Source: an uncultured Solirubrobacterales bacterium
GTDB lineage: Bacteria > Actinomycetota > Thermoleophilia > Solirubrobacterales > Solirubrobacteraceae
Assembly: GCA_963792735.1 (NCBI GenBank)
Contig: CAWBXK010000008.1
Coordinates: 14,306-78,305, forward strand
Direction: 5' to 3'
Length of the DNA stretch: 64,000 nucleotides
A program made the position numbers and the translations under genes. Below are positions 10,003-19,691 of the stretch, piece after piece (the stretch's first letter is position 1; each line of letters starts with the position of its first letter). Under the pieces are notes generated by a model that worked only from the letters and a program-made list of their open reading frames with translations, was not told the DNA's origin and ran no database searches.

Positions 10003-10577
10003 CCGTCGCTGCACAGACACCGCCGCTCGCATTCGACACGATCGAGGAGGCGATTCGTGCGGTCCGCGCGGGAGGCATGCGCCTCTCCACCCCCCGGCGT
10101 CTCGTGCTCGAGGCGTTCTTCGCCGCCGACGGCCCGGTCTCGGCGGTGCACCTCGCGCACACCCTGTCGATCGACGAGTCGTCGGTCTACCGAAACCTGG
10201 AGGTGCTCGAGCACCACGGGCTGATCCGCCACGTCCACCTCGGACACGGACCAGGCCTCTACGCACTCGTCGGGCGCCATGAAGTCGAATATCTCTACTG
10301 CGAGCGATGCGCCAAGGTCACCGCCGTCACACCCAAGCAGCTGGACCCCGTGCGCAAGAGCATCAAGCAGCGATTCGGCTACGAGGCACGATTCACCCAC
10401 TTCGCGATCGTCGGGCTCTGCGAACGCTGCGCCGCGAGTCCGCCCCCGGTCACAAATCCGACTGACGAACACGCCTCACGTGGTCAATCCCACGGCGGCG
10501 ATCTCCACACCCACGGCAACTACGTCCACTCGCACCCTAACGTTCACGCCTCCCACGAAGAGCACTCGCGGGCCTGA
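9999..10577 (+). CDS. Fur-family metalloregulator, Nur-like, with His-rich tail
   Basis: ATGA overlap with NiCoT stop; SSVYRNLEVL helix, HVHLGHG, CERC...HFAIVGLCERC, tail HGGDLHTHGNYVHSHPNVHASHEEH. Confidence 0.85.
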   Translation: MTVAAQTPPLAFDTIEEAIRAVRAGGMRLSTPRRLVLEAFFAADGPVSAVHLAHTLSIDESSVYRNLEVLEHHGLIRHVHLGHGPGLYALVGRHEVEYLYCERCAKVTAVTPKQLDPVRKSIKQRFGYEARFTHFAIVGLCERCAASPPPVTNPTDEHASRGQSHGGDLHTHGNYVHSHPNVHASHEEHSRA

Positions 10578-10644
10578 ACCGCAACGTCGCGGCTCCTACG
10601 ACTCGCACCGAGCGCCGCAGAGCTCGTCATCGAGTACGGTTCGG

Positions 10645-11100
10645 ATGGACGCGATGGACGGCAAGCGAGTGCTGGTGGTCTTTGAACCGGGGCGTGGTGG
10701 GGCGGCCGTCCTCGAGCTGGCTCGCGAGCTCGCCGAGCGCCAGGGTGCCACGCTGACTGTCGTCAGCGTCGTCCCTCAGGTGGGGTCGGGTGCGCGTTGC
10801 GGGTACTCGCCGCTCGACTACAACCTCGCCCTCCAAGACTCCGTCGTCAAAGACCTGGACCACGCGCGCGCGTGGCTCGAGGAGTTCGGCGCTCGCGCCT
10901 CCTACGAGTTGCTGATCGAGCGCGCGTCGTCGTCGCTCGGCGAATTCGCGGCGGCCAGTGGTGTCGACCTCGTGCTGCTGCCCGCGCGACACCGGCCGTT
11001 GCGAGCGCCCGGGCACCCTGCGGCAGACCGGCTGCGCGTCGCGACCGGGGCTGAGATCAAGGTCGTTGCCCCCCGGGCGCAACAACGGACGTGCCGCTGA
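10645..11100 (+). CDS. Universal stress protein family
   Basis: KRVLVVFEPGRGGAAVLELARELAERQGATLTVVSV ... VDLVLLP. Confidence 0.75.
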   Translation: MDAMDGKRVLVVFEPGRGGAAVLELARELAERQGATLTVVSVVPQVGSGARCGYSPLDYNLALQDSVVKDLDHARAWLEEFGARASYELLIERASSSLGEFAAASGVDLVLLPARHRPLRAPGHPAADRLRVATGAEIKVVAPRAQQRTCR

Positions 11101-11103
11101 GCG

Positions 11104-12729
11104 TCAGCGCGTCGCGATCGTCAGCAGCGCCGCGCTCGCCCCCGGGATCCTGACCAGGTAGGCGCCGCGCCGAAGGGCGACCCGGTCGATCTGAGCCTGC
11201 CCGGCCGGGACGGCAGCGGCGCTCGTCGCTGAGAAGCTGCGCCCACCGATCGTCACGCGAGTCCGAGCCCGCAGGCTCGGCGCGAGCAAGCGCTCGACGG
11301 TCGCGCTGGCGCCCCCGCCCGGGACGCGTACCGCCAGCATGCGCCTCCCGGGACGAGTATTGATCAGGACCACGCGGATGTGGCCGTCCCGGGCTCGGGT
11401 GGCCCACCCTTGGATCCCCGCCGGCCGGGCGCCGGCGATCGACAGAAGGCTCGATCCAGCGGGCGCCGCCTGGGCGAACATGAGCATCCCGTAGTACTCG
11501 GGGTAGACGACCGCGCTCCAACCGCCGCGGTGATGGTGGAACTTGAACAGCGCATAGGGCGAGCCCGCGTACGTGTGGATGTTGACCCCGTCGGCGCCGG
11601 TGCGGGCGAACGCGAACAGCGTCTGCAGGACCCACAGCGCTGAGGCGAATGACTCGTCCACCGCAGATACGCGGCCGCAGGAGATCGTGTTGACCTCGTC
11701 GATCCGTACCTGGAGCCCGTGCGCGTGTGCGAGCGCGACATCTCTGACGACGCTGCCGGCGAGCCCAGTCGTGGACGCCGGTGTGAGCAGATGCGCGATC
11801 GTCGGGTAGGCGGGGGCGGCGCGTGGGACGTAGCAGCGCTGGAGCGGATAGCGGTGAAGCGTGACGATCCGGACCCGTGGCTCGGCGGCAATGAACCGGC
11901 CGACGTAACCCATCCATTTCGGCGAGCCTGCCGCGGGACCCGCCAACGGCAGACGCGGAAGCGATCCGGCGATCTTCGAGAACTCCCGCAGGTAGTCGGC
12001 AAAGTTCCAACCGCGCGGGCGTCCGGTCATCTTCCGCCCGTGCACGTGGTACCAGGTGAAGGCGCTGTAGAGCTCGGGCTCGTTGCCAAGCTCGAGCGCC
12101 TGCACCCAAGGGCGTCCGATTGCCGCCGCCAGCCTCGTCGCCTCGACACGCGCGGAAGCGCCAGTGCCAGCCTCGAGGTCGATGCCGAGCATGACCCGCG
12201 CGTTGGTAGCGCGGACGAGTGCCCGCGCGACGGCTCCCCAGTGGTGATTGAGCCGGATGTATGCCCCGAGGGGTTTGCGAACCCCTGGCCCCGGCCACCA
12301 TGCGCGGTCGGTGCTGTCGCCTCCGATCCGCAACTCCGGCCGCTCGCCGGGGGAGAGACCCTGAATCAGGCGCACGAGGAGTGGATTGATCGCGCGCGGA
12401 TCGTGCCCGCCGTACTCCTCGATCGCTTTGTACTCGAGCGATAGCCCCATGAAGTCGCTGGGCAGCGGGCGCACCGGGAGCGGCGCGCCCACGGTCACCG
12501 CCGATGGCGCCGCTGATGCGCCCCCGAGCTCCGAGCGCCCAAAGGGAGCTGTGCGGGCGCGCTTCGCGGGCGCCAAGCGCTCCGAGCCGGTCAGGCCGAC
12601 GAGTGCCGCCACCATCGCCGCCAGCACGACGGCGGCCATCGGCCACCGCCAGACCTGGCGGCCAGAGCGCCGTGGAGAAGCAACCACCCGGCGCGCCAAC
12701 GCCAAAGCATCTGAGATCCGGGGGGCCAC
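11104..12729 (-). CDS. Secreted GH79-family glycoside hydrolase (beta-glucuronidase-like)
   Basis: FMGLSLEY, LRIGGDSTD, LELGNEPELY, RIDEVNTISCG, SFASALW, GVNIH, PEYYGML; true start may be ATG 12639. Confidence 0.8.
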   Translation of the reverse strand: MAPRISDALALARRVVASPRRSGRQVWRWPMAAVVLAAMVAALVGLTGSERLAPAKRARTAPFGRSELGGASAAPSAVTVGAPLPVRPLPSDFMGLSLEYKAIEEYGGHDPRAINPLLVRLIQGLSPGERPELRIGGDSTDRAWWPGPGVRKPLGAYIRLNHHWGAVARALVRATNARVMLGIDLEAGTGASARVEATRLAAAIGRPWVQALELGNEPELYSAFTWYHVHGRKMTGRPRGWNFADYLREFSKIAGSLPRLPLAGPAAGSPKWMGYVGRFIAAEPRVRIVTLHRYPLQRCYVPRAAPAYPTIAHLLTPASTTGLAGSVVRDVALAHAHGLQVRIDEVNTISCGRVSAVDESFASALWVLQTLFAFARTGADGVNIHTYAGSPYALFKFHHHRGGWSAVVYPEYYGMLMFAQAAPAGSSLLSIAGARPAGIQGWATRARDGHIRVVLINTRPGRRMLAVRVPGGGASATVERLLAPSLRARTRVTIGGRSFSATSAAAVPAGQAQIDRVALRRGAYLVRIPGASAALLTIATR

Positions 12730-12912
12730 GAAATCCGGAAGGGTGCCACGAAATCCAGGCCGATAGCCGGATCGCGAACGACCACCGGCTGCGGGCGGTT
12801 GGCGGTCCTCCGGGGGCCACGGATTGGGGGGTGAGAATGGGCAGCATCCCCGATGTGCGAATGGCCTGCGCGCCCCAGCATGGAGCCTCGTTCATCTACC
12901 AGGAGGTTTGTC

Positions 12913-13713
12913 ATGTCAGGGCTGTCTGTTACCGACGGTTCCGCCGCAGTCCAGAGCGATCTGTGGGGCGAGCGCGCTCGCGAGTGGTGCGCGATGGAGG
13001 CGCAGATGCGGCCGCTCTACGAGACGGTCCTCGAGCGGGTCGGGATCGGCAACGGTACCGAGCTGCTCGACGCCGGCTGCGGCGCCGGCCTCGCGGCTCA
13101 GCTGGCCGCCCAGCGCGGAGCGGTGGTCAGCGGCTTCGATGCGACGCCGGCGCTGCTGGCGATCGCCGCCGAGCGTGTGCCGAATGGCGACTTTGCCGCG
13201 GGTGACCTGGAGTCACTGCCGTATCGTGATGATTCCTTCGACGCTGTCGTTGGCTTTAACTCCTTTCAGTACGCGGCGAGGCCGCGGGTGGCGCTCGAGC
13301 AGGCGCGCCGGGTGGCGCGCTCCGGTGCTCCCGTCGTGATTGCCACGTGGGCAGTCCCCGAGCGTTGCGAGGCGGCTGCCTACCTGGCCGCTCTCGGCCC
13401 GCTGATGCCCCCGCCTCCGCCCGGCGCCCCCGGGCCGTTCGCGCTCTCGGCTCCGGGCGGGCTCGAACGGCTGGCGACCGAGGCAGGGCTCACACCGGTG
13501 GATGCCGCGGAGGTCTCATGCCCGTGGACGTTTGCAGACCTCGAGTCGGCTCTCACCGGGATGCTCGCCGCCGGTCCCGCGATCAAGGCGATCCGCTTCA
13601 CGGGTGAGGCGGCAGCGCGAGACGCCGTCGCGGCGTCGATTGAGCCGTTCCGTCAGCCTTCGGGCGGGTACGTGATCGGCTCGGCCTTCCGCTACCTGGT
13701 CACCAGCGCGTAG
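12913..13713 (+). CDS. Class I SAM-dependent methyltransferase
   Basis: AGGAGG RBS at 12901; LLDAGCGAG, GDLESLPYRDDSFDAV. Confidence 0.9.
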   Translation: MSGLSVTDGSAAVQSDLWGERAREWCAMEAQMRPLYETVLERVGIGNGTELLDAGCGAGLAAQLAAQRGAVVSGFDATPALLAIAAERVPNGDFAAGDLESLPYRDDSFDAVVGFNSFQYAARPRVALEQARRVARSGAPVVIATWAVPERCEAAAYLAALGPLMPPPPPGAPGPFALSAPGGLERLATEAGLTPVDAAEVSCPWTFADLESALTGMLAAGPAIKAIRFTGEAAARDAVAASIEPFRQPSGGYVIGSAFRYLVTSA

Positions 13714-13777
13714 GACGGTGCAGGTGCCCCGCCCGACATGGGCGGGGCATCATGGCTCGGGGATCGATAATGGCGCC

Positions 13778-16732
13778 ATGGCGAACCGCGTCTCGAGCCG
13801 CGGGCTGGTCGGGCGAGATCATGAGCTGGACCTGTTGCTGGGGCTGGTGCGACGCGCCGGCGAGGGTGACGGAGGCGCGGCACTGGTCGTTGGCGAGGCG
13901 GGGATCGGAAAGAGCCGTCTGGTCAACGAGTTCGCTCGTCGTGCCGGTGAGCACGGGACCCTCGTCCTGGTCGGCGAGTGCGTCGACCTCGCGGAAGCTG
14001 AGCTTCCCTACGCTCCGGTCATCGCCGCCCTTCGCGCCGTGGTCCGCGAACGCAGCGAGCGGGGCCTGGTCAAGCTCTTTGGCGCCGCCCGCAGCGAGCT
14101 GGCACGGCTCCTGCCCGAGCTCGGCGATCCGGCCCCGAGCGTCCAGCCTTCGGTCGGGCAGACCCGCCTGTTCGAGCTGCTGCTCGGGGTCCTCAGCCGC
14201 CTCAGCCAGGAGCGGCCGGTCGTACTCGTGATCGAGGATGTCCACTGGGCCGACAGCGCAAGCCTCGACCTGGTCGCCTTTCTCGTTCGCAACCAGCGCT
14301 CGGAACGGCTCGCCACGGTCATCACGTTCCGCTCTGGCGAACTCCCGCCCGATCACCCCGTGCTCGCGTGTCTCGCTGAGCTCGAACACGGCGGCCGCGC
14401 CCAGCGGATCGAGCTCGATCCCCTCTCTCCCGCGCATGTGGCCGAGCAGGTCCTCGACATCACCGGCACCCCTCCGACCGCAGCGCTCAGCCACACCCTG
14501 CACGATCGCGCCGGAGGCAACCCGTTCTTCGTCGAGGAGTTGCTGGCGGCCGGAGCCGGGAACGAACTGCCCGACTCCCTGCGGGAAGCACTCCTGGTTC
14601 GCCTGCGCCGACTCTCGGAGCGTGCTCGTGAGATCGTCGGCGTGGCGGCGGTCGCCGGCCGCGCGATCGACCACCGACTGCTCAGAGCGCTCGTTGTGAT
14701 GGAGGACGGCGAGTTGATCGCAGCGTTGCGCGAGGCAGTCGCCCAGCAGGTGCTGATCAGCGATGGTCTCAGCTACGCATTCCGGCATGCGCTCCTGCGG
14801 GAGGCCGTCTACGCCGATCTCGTCGCCGGCCAGCGCACCCCAGTTCATGCCGCGCTCGCGGAAACGCTCTCCCTGGTGCCCACGCTCGCGGGGGCTCACG
14901 CCGGGGTGGCCGCCGAGATCGCGCATCACTGGACTGCCGCGGGCGAGATCGAGCCCGGGCTGGCGGCCTCGGTCCGGGCGGCCGCCGAGGCAGAGCGGAT
15001 GTATGCCATGCAGGAGGCGCGCCGGCAGTACGAGCGGGTGCTCGACCTGTGGGATCGGGTGCCCGAGCCCGAGCGCATCACCGGAGTGCAGCGCTCGGTG
15101 ATCCTGGCTCGGGCCGCCGACGCGGAGTGGCTCGCCGGGAATGAAACGCGTGCGGTGGCGCTCGCTCGCGAGGCCCTCGAGCACCCTGAACTCCAGCATG
15201 ACGATGCCGGCGCAGCCCGGGTCGAGGACCGCCTGGCCCATTACCTGTGGGGCGCGGGAGACTCCGACGGCGCGCTTCAGGCGGGGCGCCGAGCGGTGGC
15301 CCGGCTCGAGGGCGGCAAACCTTCGGCCCAACGCGCTCGCGCACTCTGCGCCGAGGGTCGCATGCTCGTGATGCGCAGCCGCAACCAGGAAGCGCGCGAG
15401 CGGCTGCAAGAGTCGCTCGAGATCGCGCGCGCAGTTGGAGCCTCCAGCGAGGAGGCGCAGGCGCTCAACTACCTAGGCAGTGCACTTGCGTTCCTCGGCG
15501 ATTACACCGGTGGGATCGAGCATCTCCGCTCGGCGGTGCGAATCGCCTGCGAGATCGGGTCGCTGCCCCGCGGGCTGTCGCAGTACGAGAATCTCAGCGA
15601 GGTCCTCTCCGAAGCCGGCCAGCCCGAGCACGCGCGCGATATCGCCGCCGAAGGCATCGCCGCCGCCCAGGAGGTCGGCCTTCAGCGCTCCTACGGCCTC
15701 GTGCTGATGGGGCGTGGCGCGCTGTGCGCGCTCGCGCTCGGGCACACCACCGAGGCCGGCGAGCTGACCCGAGCGGCGCTCGAGCTCGGCGAGCAGACGT
15801 TCTTCGCCTTCAACGCGCTCGAAGCCCGTGCCCGCTACGAGATCGTGCGAGGCCAATTCGACGCGGCCGAGCGGCACGTCGTTGCCGCCGATGCGATGGC
15901 CACGCGTGTCGGCGACCCGATGTGGATCGGCCCAGTCGCCGCGGTGAGGGCCGAGCTCGAGCTGTGGCGCGGGCGGACGCCGCACGCCGCGGAGATCGTC
16001 CGCGCCGCGCTCGCGGTCGCGCCCGAGCGCCAGTGCCTCCAGCACACCAGCGAGCTACACGCGGTCGGCGGGCAAGCCCTCGCCGACCTCGCCGTCGCAG
16101 CGCGAGCCCGACACCAAGACTCGACCGCGGCCATCGAGTCAGCCTCCCTGCTGGCCCGTCTCGAGACCAGACTCACCACTGCCTTTCCGCTCGGCGCCGC
16201 CCCGCCCCGGGTATCGGCCGACGTCGCGCTCTGCCGTGCCGAGGCCCTCCGTGCTTGCGGCGATCCGGACAACGACGCGTGGGCAGTCGCGGTCGTCGCC
16301 GCCGACGCCGCGCGGCATGCGACCCGCAGCATCTACGCCCGCTGGCGGCTGGCCGAGGCGTTGCTGGAAAACTCAATCCGCGACCGTGCGCAGACCGCGC
16401 TCCGCGACGCGGCGCATCGGGCCGCGGCGCTCGAGCACGAGCCGCTGACCCGGGAGATCGCGGTCTTGGCCCGGCGCGCACGGATCTCGCTCACGGCCGA
16501 TCCGGAGTCACCCGCACCAGCCCACTTCGGTCTGAGCCCACGGGAGACCGAGGTGCTGGAGCTGCTCGCCGGCGGCCTGACCAACAAGCAGATCGCCGCC
16601 ATCCTGTACATCAGTGAAAAGACCGCCGAGCACCACGTCTCACGCATCCTCGGCAAGCTCGGCGTGAGCACGCGAACGGCCGCGGGATCGCTGGCCCACC
16701 AGCTCGGAATCCGGCCGACCGACGCGGGTTAG
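13778..16732 (+). CDS. AAA-ATPase (STAND) LuxR-family transcriptional regulator
   Basis: LVGRDHEL, Walker A GEAGIGKS, VLVIEDVHWAD, GGNPFFVEEL, C-terminal LSPRETEVLELLAGGLTNKQIA...HVSRILGKLGV. Confidence 0.92.
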   Translation: MANRVSSRGLVGRDHELDLLLGLVRRAGEGDGGAALVVGEAGIGKSRLVNEFARRAGEHGTLVLVGECVDLAEAELPYAPVIAALRAVVRERSERGLVKLFGAARSELARLLPELGDPAPSVQPSVGQTRLFELLLGVLSRLSQERPVVLVIEDVHWADSASLDLVAFLVRNQRSERLATVITFRSGELPPDHPVLACLAELEHGGRAQRIELDPLSPAHVAEQVLDITGTPPTAALSHTLHDRAGGNPFFVEELLAAGAGNELPDSLREALLVRLRRLSERAREIVGVAAVAGRAIDHRLLRALVVMEDGELIAALREAVAQQVLISDGLSYAFRHALLREAVYADLVAGQRTPVHAALAETLSLVPTLAGAHAGVAAEIAHHWTAAGEIEPGLAASVRAAAEAERMYAMQEARRQYERVLDLWDRVPEPERITGVQRSVILARAADAEWLAGNETRAVALAREALEHPELQHDDAGAARVEDRLAHYLWGAGDSDGALQAGRRAVARLEGGKPSAQRARALCAEGRMLVMRSRNQEARERLQESLEIARAVGASSEEAQALNYLGSALAFLGDYTGGIEHLRSAVRIACEIGSLPRGLSQYENLSEVLSEAGQPEHARDIAAEGIAAAQEVGLQRSYGLVLMGRGALCALALGHTTEAGELTRAALELGEQTFFAFNALEARARYEIVRGQFDAAERHVVAADAMATRVGDPMWIGPVAAVRAELELWRGRTPHAAEIVRAALAVAPERQCLQHTSELHAVGGQALADLAVAARARHQDSTAAIESASLLARLETRLTTAFPLGAAPPRVSADVALCRAEALRACGDPDNDAWAVAVVAADAARHATRSIYARWRLAEALLENSIRDRAQTALRDAAHRAAALEHEPLTREIAVLARRARISLTADPESPAPAHFGLSPRETEVLELLAGGLTNKQIAAILYISEKTAEHHVSRILGKLGVSTRTAAGSLAHQLGIRPTDAG

Positions 16733-16902
16733 GCGGCCAGGAATTGTCGCACCATCCGGCGCGCAAAAGCGGCTCTTGAGCCCGTCTGCACCGAGTGACC
16801 AGAGCCCGCTACCACGACCAGGTGCCCGTGAGGAGCCTTGGCCGCCTCCTGGCGTGCCAGGGGAGAGCACCGGCTCGCGAACGCTCCTGCAACTGCGCCC
16901 GT

Positions 16903-17322
16903 TCAGCGCGTGGTGTCGTGCCACAGGCCGATCACGTTTCCAGCCGGGTCGCGGAAGGTCGCGACGGTGAGCAGTCCCTCGGAAAACGGACTGGTGACGA
17001 TCTCGCCTCCGTGAGCGAGGATCCGCTCGATCGTCTCCTCGACCTGATCGACATAGATGTAGGGCAGCAATCCGGGCTGGGTGGCGGCGGGGTGGTCGCT
17101 GACCCATGCGCCGCTCAAGTGACCATTGGGCGTGTCGAAACTGGGCCTGTCGCTGTCTGGGTTGTGGATGTGCCAACCGAACACGCCGCCGTAGAACGCT
17201 GCCGCGCGCCGAACGTCGGTGGCGGGAATATGCAGGTAGGTGATGGCTCCGGGCGTGGCCAGGCTCGGGTCGGCGCCGTGCTCCTCGCCGGCGGTACGCG
17301 GGTGCTCTGCATCTTGGCTCAT
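16903..17322 (-). CDS. VOC/glyoxalase family protein
   Basis: PGAITYLHIPATDVRRAAAFYGGVFGW ... ATFRDPAGNVIGLW. Confidence 0.9.
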   Translation of the reverse strand: MSQDAEHPRTAGEEHGADPSLATPGAITYLHIPATDVRRAAAFYGGVFGWHIHNPDSDRPSFDTPNGHLSGAWVSDHPAATQPGLLPYIYVDQVEETIERILAHGGEIVTSPFSEGLLTVATFRDPAGNVIGLWHDTTR

Positions 17323-18071
17323 GACGTCGGTCTCCTTGGCTTGCGAGGGATCCTGGATCGCTGGAACGATGCGCCCGGGCGCTCCGGGGTGTCGGCCCCG
17401 GCGGTGTCAGCCGGGGCGAGCAGAAGCCGGCAGAGGCTGTCGGTGAACCATCGGCCGAACTGCTCGGCGGTCCAGCCGCGGTCTCGCGTCAAGGCGGAGA
17501 AACCGTGTGGGTCCATCAGCAGCCAGACCGTGTCGATCGCCCGGTCTCGGCCAAGCTCGGCGCGCAAAGACGAGCGCTTGATCAGGCCATCGACGATCCA
17601 GGCGGCGGTCTCAGCCCGCTGAGCGCGGAGCTGATCGGCCAGCGCGCGCATCGACTCATCCACGCGGGCGGCCTCGAACGCGGCCACGACCAGGCCCGCA
17701 GATCGCAGCTCCGCCTCAGTCAGAACGGGCTCCACGATCGCCAGGAAGTCCACGACGGATTCGGCCGACTCGGCCCTCGCCGCCCAGTCGCGTTCCAACA
17801 TCGGGACCGGCTCGCCGTCGCCACGGATGGTGAAGCTGATCGCCGCTCGCAGAAGCTGTGGCTTGGTCCCGAACGCCAGCTCAACCGTTGGCACCGACAC
17901 CTGGGCCGCGCCGGCCACCGCCCGCATCGTCGTGGCGCCATACCCCACGCGGACGAACTCGGCACTGGCCGCAGCAAGAATTCGCTCTCGTGTCAGGCGG
18001 GCTCGGCGCTCACGCATCTCAGATCGGTAGCCGCGCTTGCGCGAACTCTGGGGTGTCACCGCCGGCATCAC
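17319..18071 (-). CDS. TetR/AcrR family regulator
   Basis: RERILAAASAEFVRVGYGATTMRAVAGAAQVSVPTVELAFGTK; overlaps VOC start; true start may be about 50 nt downstream. Confidence 0.88.
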   Translation of the reverse strand: MMPAVTPQSSRKRGYRSEMRERRARLTRERILAAASAEFVRVGYGATTMRAVAGAAQVSVPTVELAFGTKPQLLRAAISFTIRGDGEPVPMLERDWAARAESAESVVDFLAIVEPVLTEAELRSAGLVVAAFEAARVDESMRALADQLRAQRAETAAWIVDGLIKRSSLRAELGRDRAIDTVWLLMDPHGFSALTRDRGWTAEQFGRWFTDSLCRLLLAPADTAGADTPERPGASFQRSRIPRKPRRPTS

Positions 18072-18160
18072 CCCCGGATATTAGCTAGGCACACACCATA
18101 GTCAATATCCAGCCCGTCAGTTCACGGCGTCCGCGCCGCCAGACGAGGCGACCGTAACCT

Positions 18161-19024
18161 GTGGCGATGTCGTCTCTCGCCATGATCGTGTGGCCGTACC
18201 ACGCCGGTCTCGTCGACGCTGGCATGGGCCTGGGCGCGACCACACTGGCGGCTGACGAGCGACTGCACCGGGCACTGGGCCAGGAGGTCGACGAGGTGAC
18301 CGTCGAACGCGTCGAGCCGGTCGACCCGTCGCTGCCAGAATTGGCTCGCATCTTCGAACTTGACCGTCGGCTCGCGCGGCGCGTCGCCGACGCCCGCGAC
18401 CGAGGTCAGTTTCCGTTGGTCCTGGGCGGCAACTGCATCAGCTGCCTCGGCACCACCGCCGGCGTCGGCGACGAGCGAGACCTGGGCGTCATCTGGCTCG
18501 ACGCCCACGCCGACTTCGACACACCCGAGGACAATCTGTCGGGGTTCACCGACGTCATGGGCCTCTCGATCCTCACCGGAAGCTGCTGGCGCGCGCTGCG
18601 CAACACGGTTCCGGGGTTCAGGACGATCGACGAGCGGCACGTAGTCACGATCGGCACTCGGGACCTCGAGCGCTACCAACGCGAACGACTGAATGCCTCC
18701 CGGATACGTGTCGTCGGTGACGCGGTGGATGTCGACGAGATGCGCAGCGCGCTGGGTGATCTGCGGCACCGCGTTGACCAGGTCTACCTTCATGTCGACC
18801 TCGACGTGCTCGATATCTCGGTCGGGCACGCGAACCCCTACGCCGCCGCCGGCGGTCCAGCCCTCAGCACTGTGCTCACAGCGGTCTCGGAGACGTTCGC
18901 CCGTTGCCAGGTGAAGGCAGCTGCGCTCACGGCTTACGACCCCCGAGTTGACAGCACCGCCGGCATCTCGGCCGCCGCAAGCGAGATCGGGCGCGAGATC
19001 GCCCGTGGCGCGGCCAACCAGTGA
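18161..19024 (+). CDS. Arginase family (ureohydrolase) protein
   Basis: LVLGGNCIS, WLDAHADFDT, YLHVDLDVLD. Confidence 0.9.
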   Translation: MAMSSLAMIVWPYHAGLVDAGMGLGATTLAADERLHRALGQEVDEVTVERVEPVDPSLPELARIFELDRRLARRVADARDRGQFPLVLGGNCISCLGTTAGVGDERDLGVIWLDAHADFDTPEDNLSGFTDVMGLSILTGSCWRALRNTVPGFRTIDERHVVTIGTRDLERYQRERLNASRIRVVGDAVDVDEMRSALGDLRHRVDQVYLHVDLDVLDISVGHANPYAAAGGPALSTVLTAVSETFARCQVKAAALTAYDPRVDSTAGISAAASEIGREIARGAANQ

Positions 19025-19070
19025 GCCGTGTGGGGCGCCGGCCCCCGCGGCCGGCGCAGAGGCACGGGTT

Positions 19071-19634
19071 CTATGGGCTCGTGTCACCTCCGGCGCGGGC
19101 GGGCCTCTGAGCCACGCGGAGGCTGTCGATCATCGCCAGCAGCCGGGCGCGGATCAGCTGTCCAGCGGCTGGCCCGAGGTAGATCTCGGCCTGAAAGGCG
19201 CGTCCGGCGTCCTGAAAGATGATCTCGTCGCTGGGGCCTTGGCACACGTGACGCTGGGGAGTGTCGGACGTGATGCGGAAGTGGGGCGGGCGGCGGGGGA
19301 AGTGCTCGAGCATCCGGGGCGGAGGGTGGGGGTACTCCCACACGAACAGAAACGCGCCGGCGCGGGGGAAATCACGCACGTTCGGCAGCCCGCACTCGCA
19401 TGCGTGTGCGGACAGTGTCACGGCGAAGGAAGCCAGGGCGAGCCGTGGTATCGGTTCGACGACGTCGGTCAGCGATCTGCGGATCAGATGCCAGCCCGGC
19501 AGCACGCTGATGCTGATGCGCCCTGCCACGTACCTGCGCCCATCGCTGGAGCTCCGGCTCCCCGCCGCCGCCGCCGTCAGGACGAGCACCGACACCGCGA
19601 GCAGGACCACGGCGATTTTGCGCATACCGACCAT
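19071..19634 (-). CDS. Hypothetical secreted protein
   Basis: N-terminal signal-like MRKIAVVLLAVSVLVLTAAAAG; fits behind the anti-sigma gene; no family recognised. Confidence 0.55.
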   Translation of the reverse strand: MVGMRKIAVVLLAVSVLVLTAAAAGSRSSSDGRRYVAGRISISVLPGWHLIRRSLTDVVEPIPRLALASFAVTLSAHACECGLPNVRDFPRAGAFLFVWEYPHPPPRMLEHFPRRPPHFRITSDTPQRHVCQGPSDEIIFQDAGRAFQAEIYLGPAAGQLIRARLLAMIDSLRVAQRPARAGGDTSP

Positions 19635-19691
19635 ACGTCGGCGGGCTCCCGACAGGTCCGCCGGGCCACCGGGTCGCCATCGCGGGCGAGA

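Noticed and set aside
13700-15409. 569-aa minus-strand ORF and similar long shadows (11057..12895 +, 53837..55318 +, 7439..8992 -, 50041..51465 -, 25519..26931 -)
   Set aside because: They overlap well-supported genes, mostly antisense, and lack recognisable motifs; long shadow ORFs are expected at this GC content.
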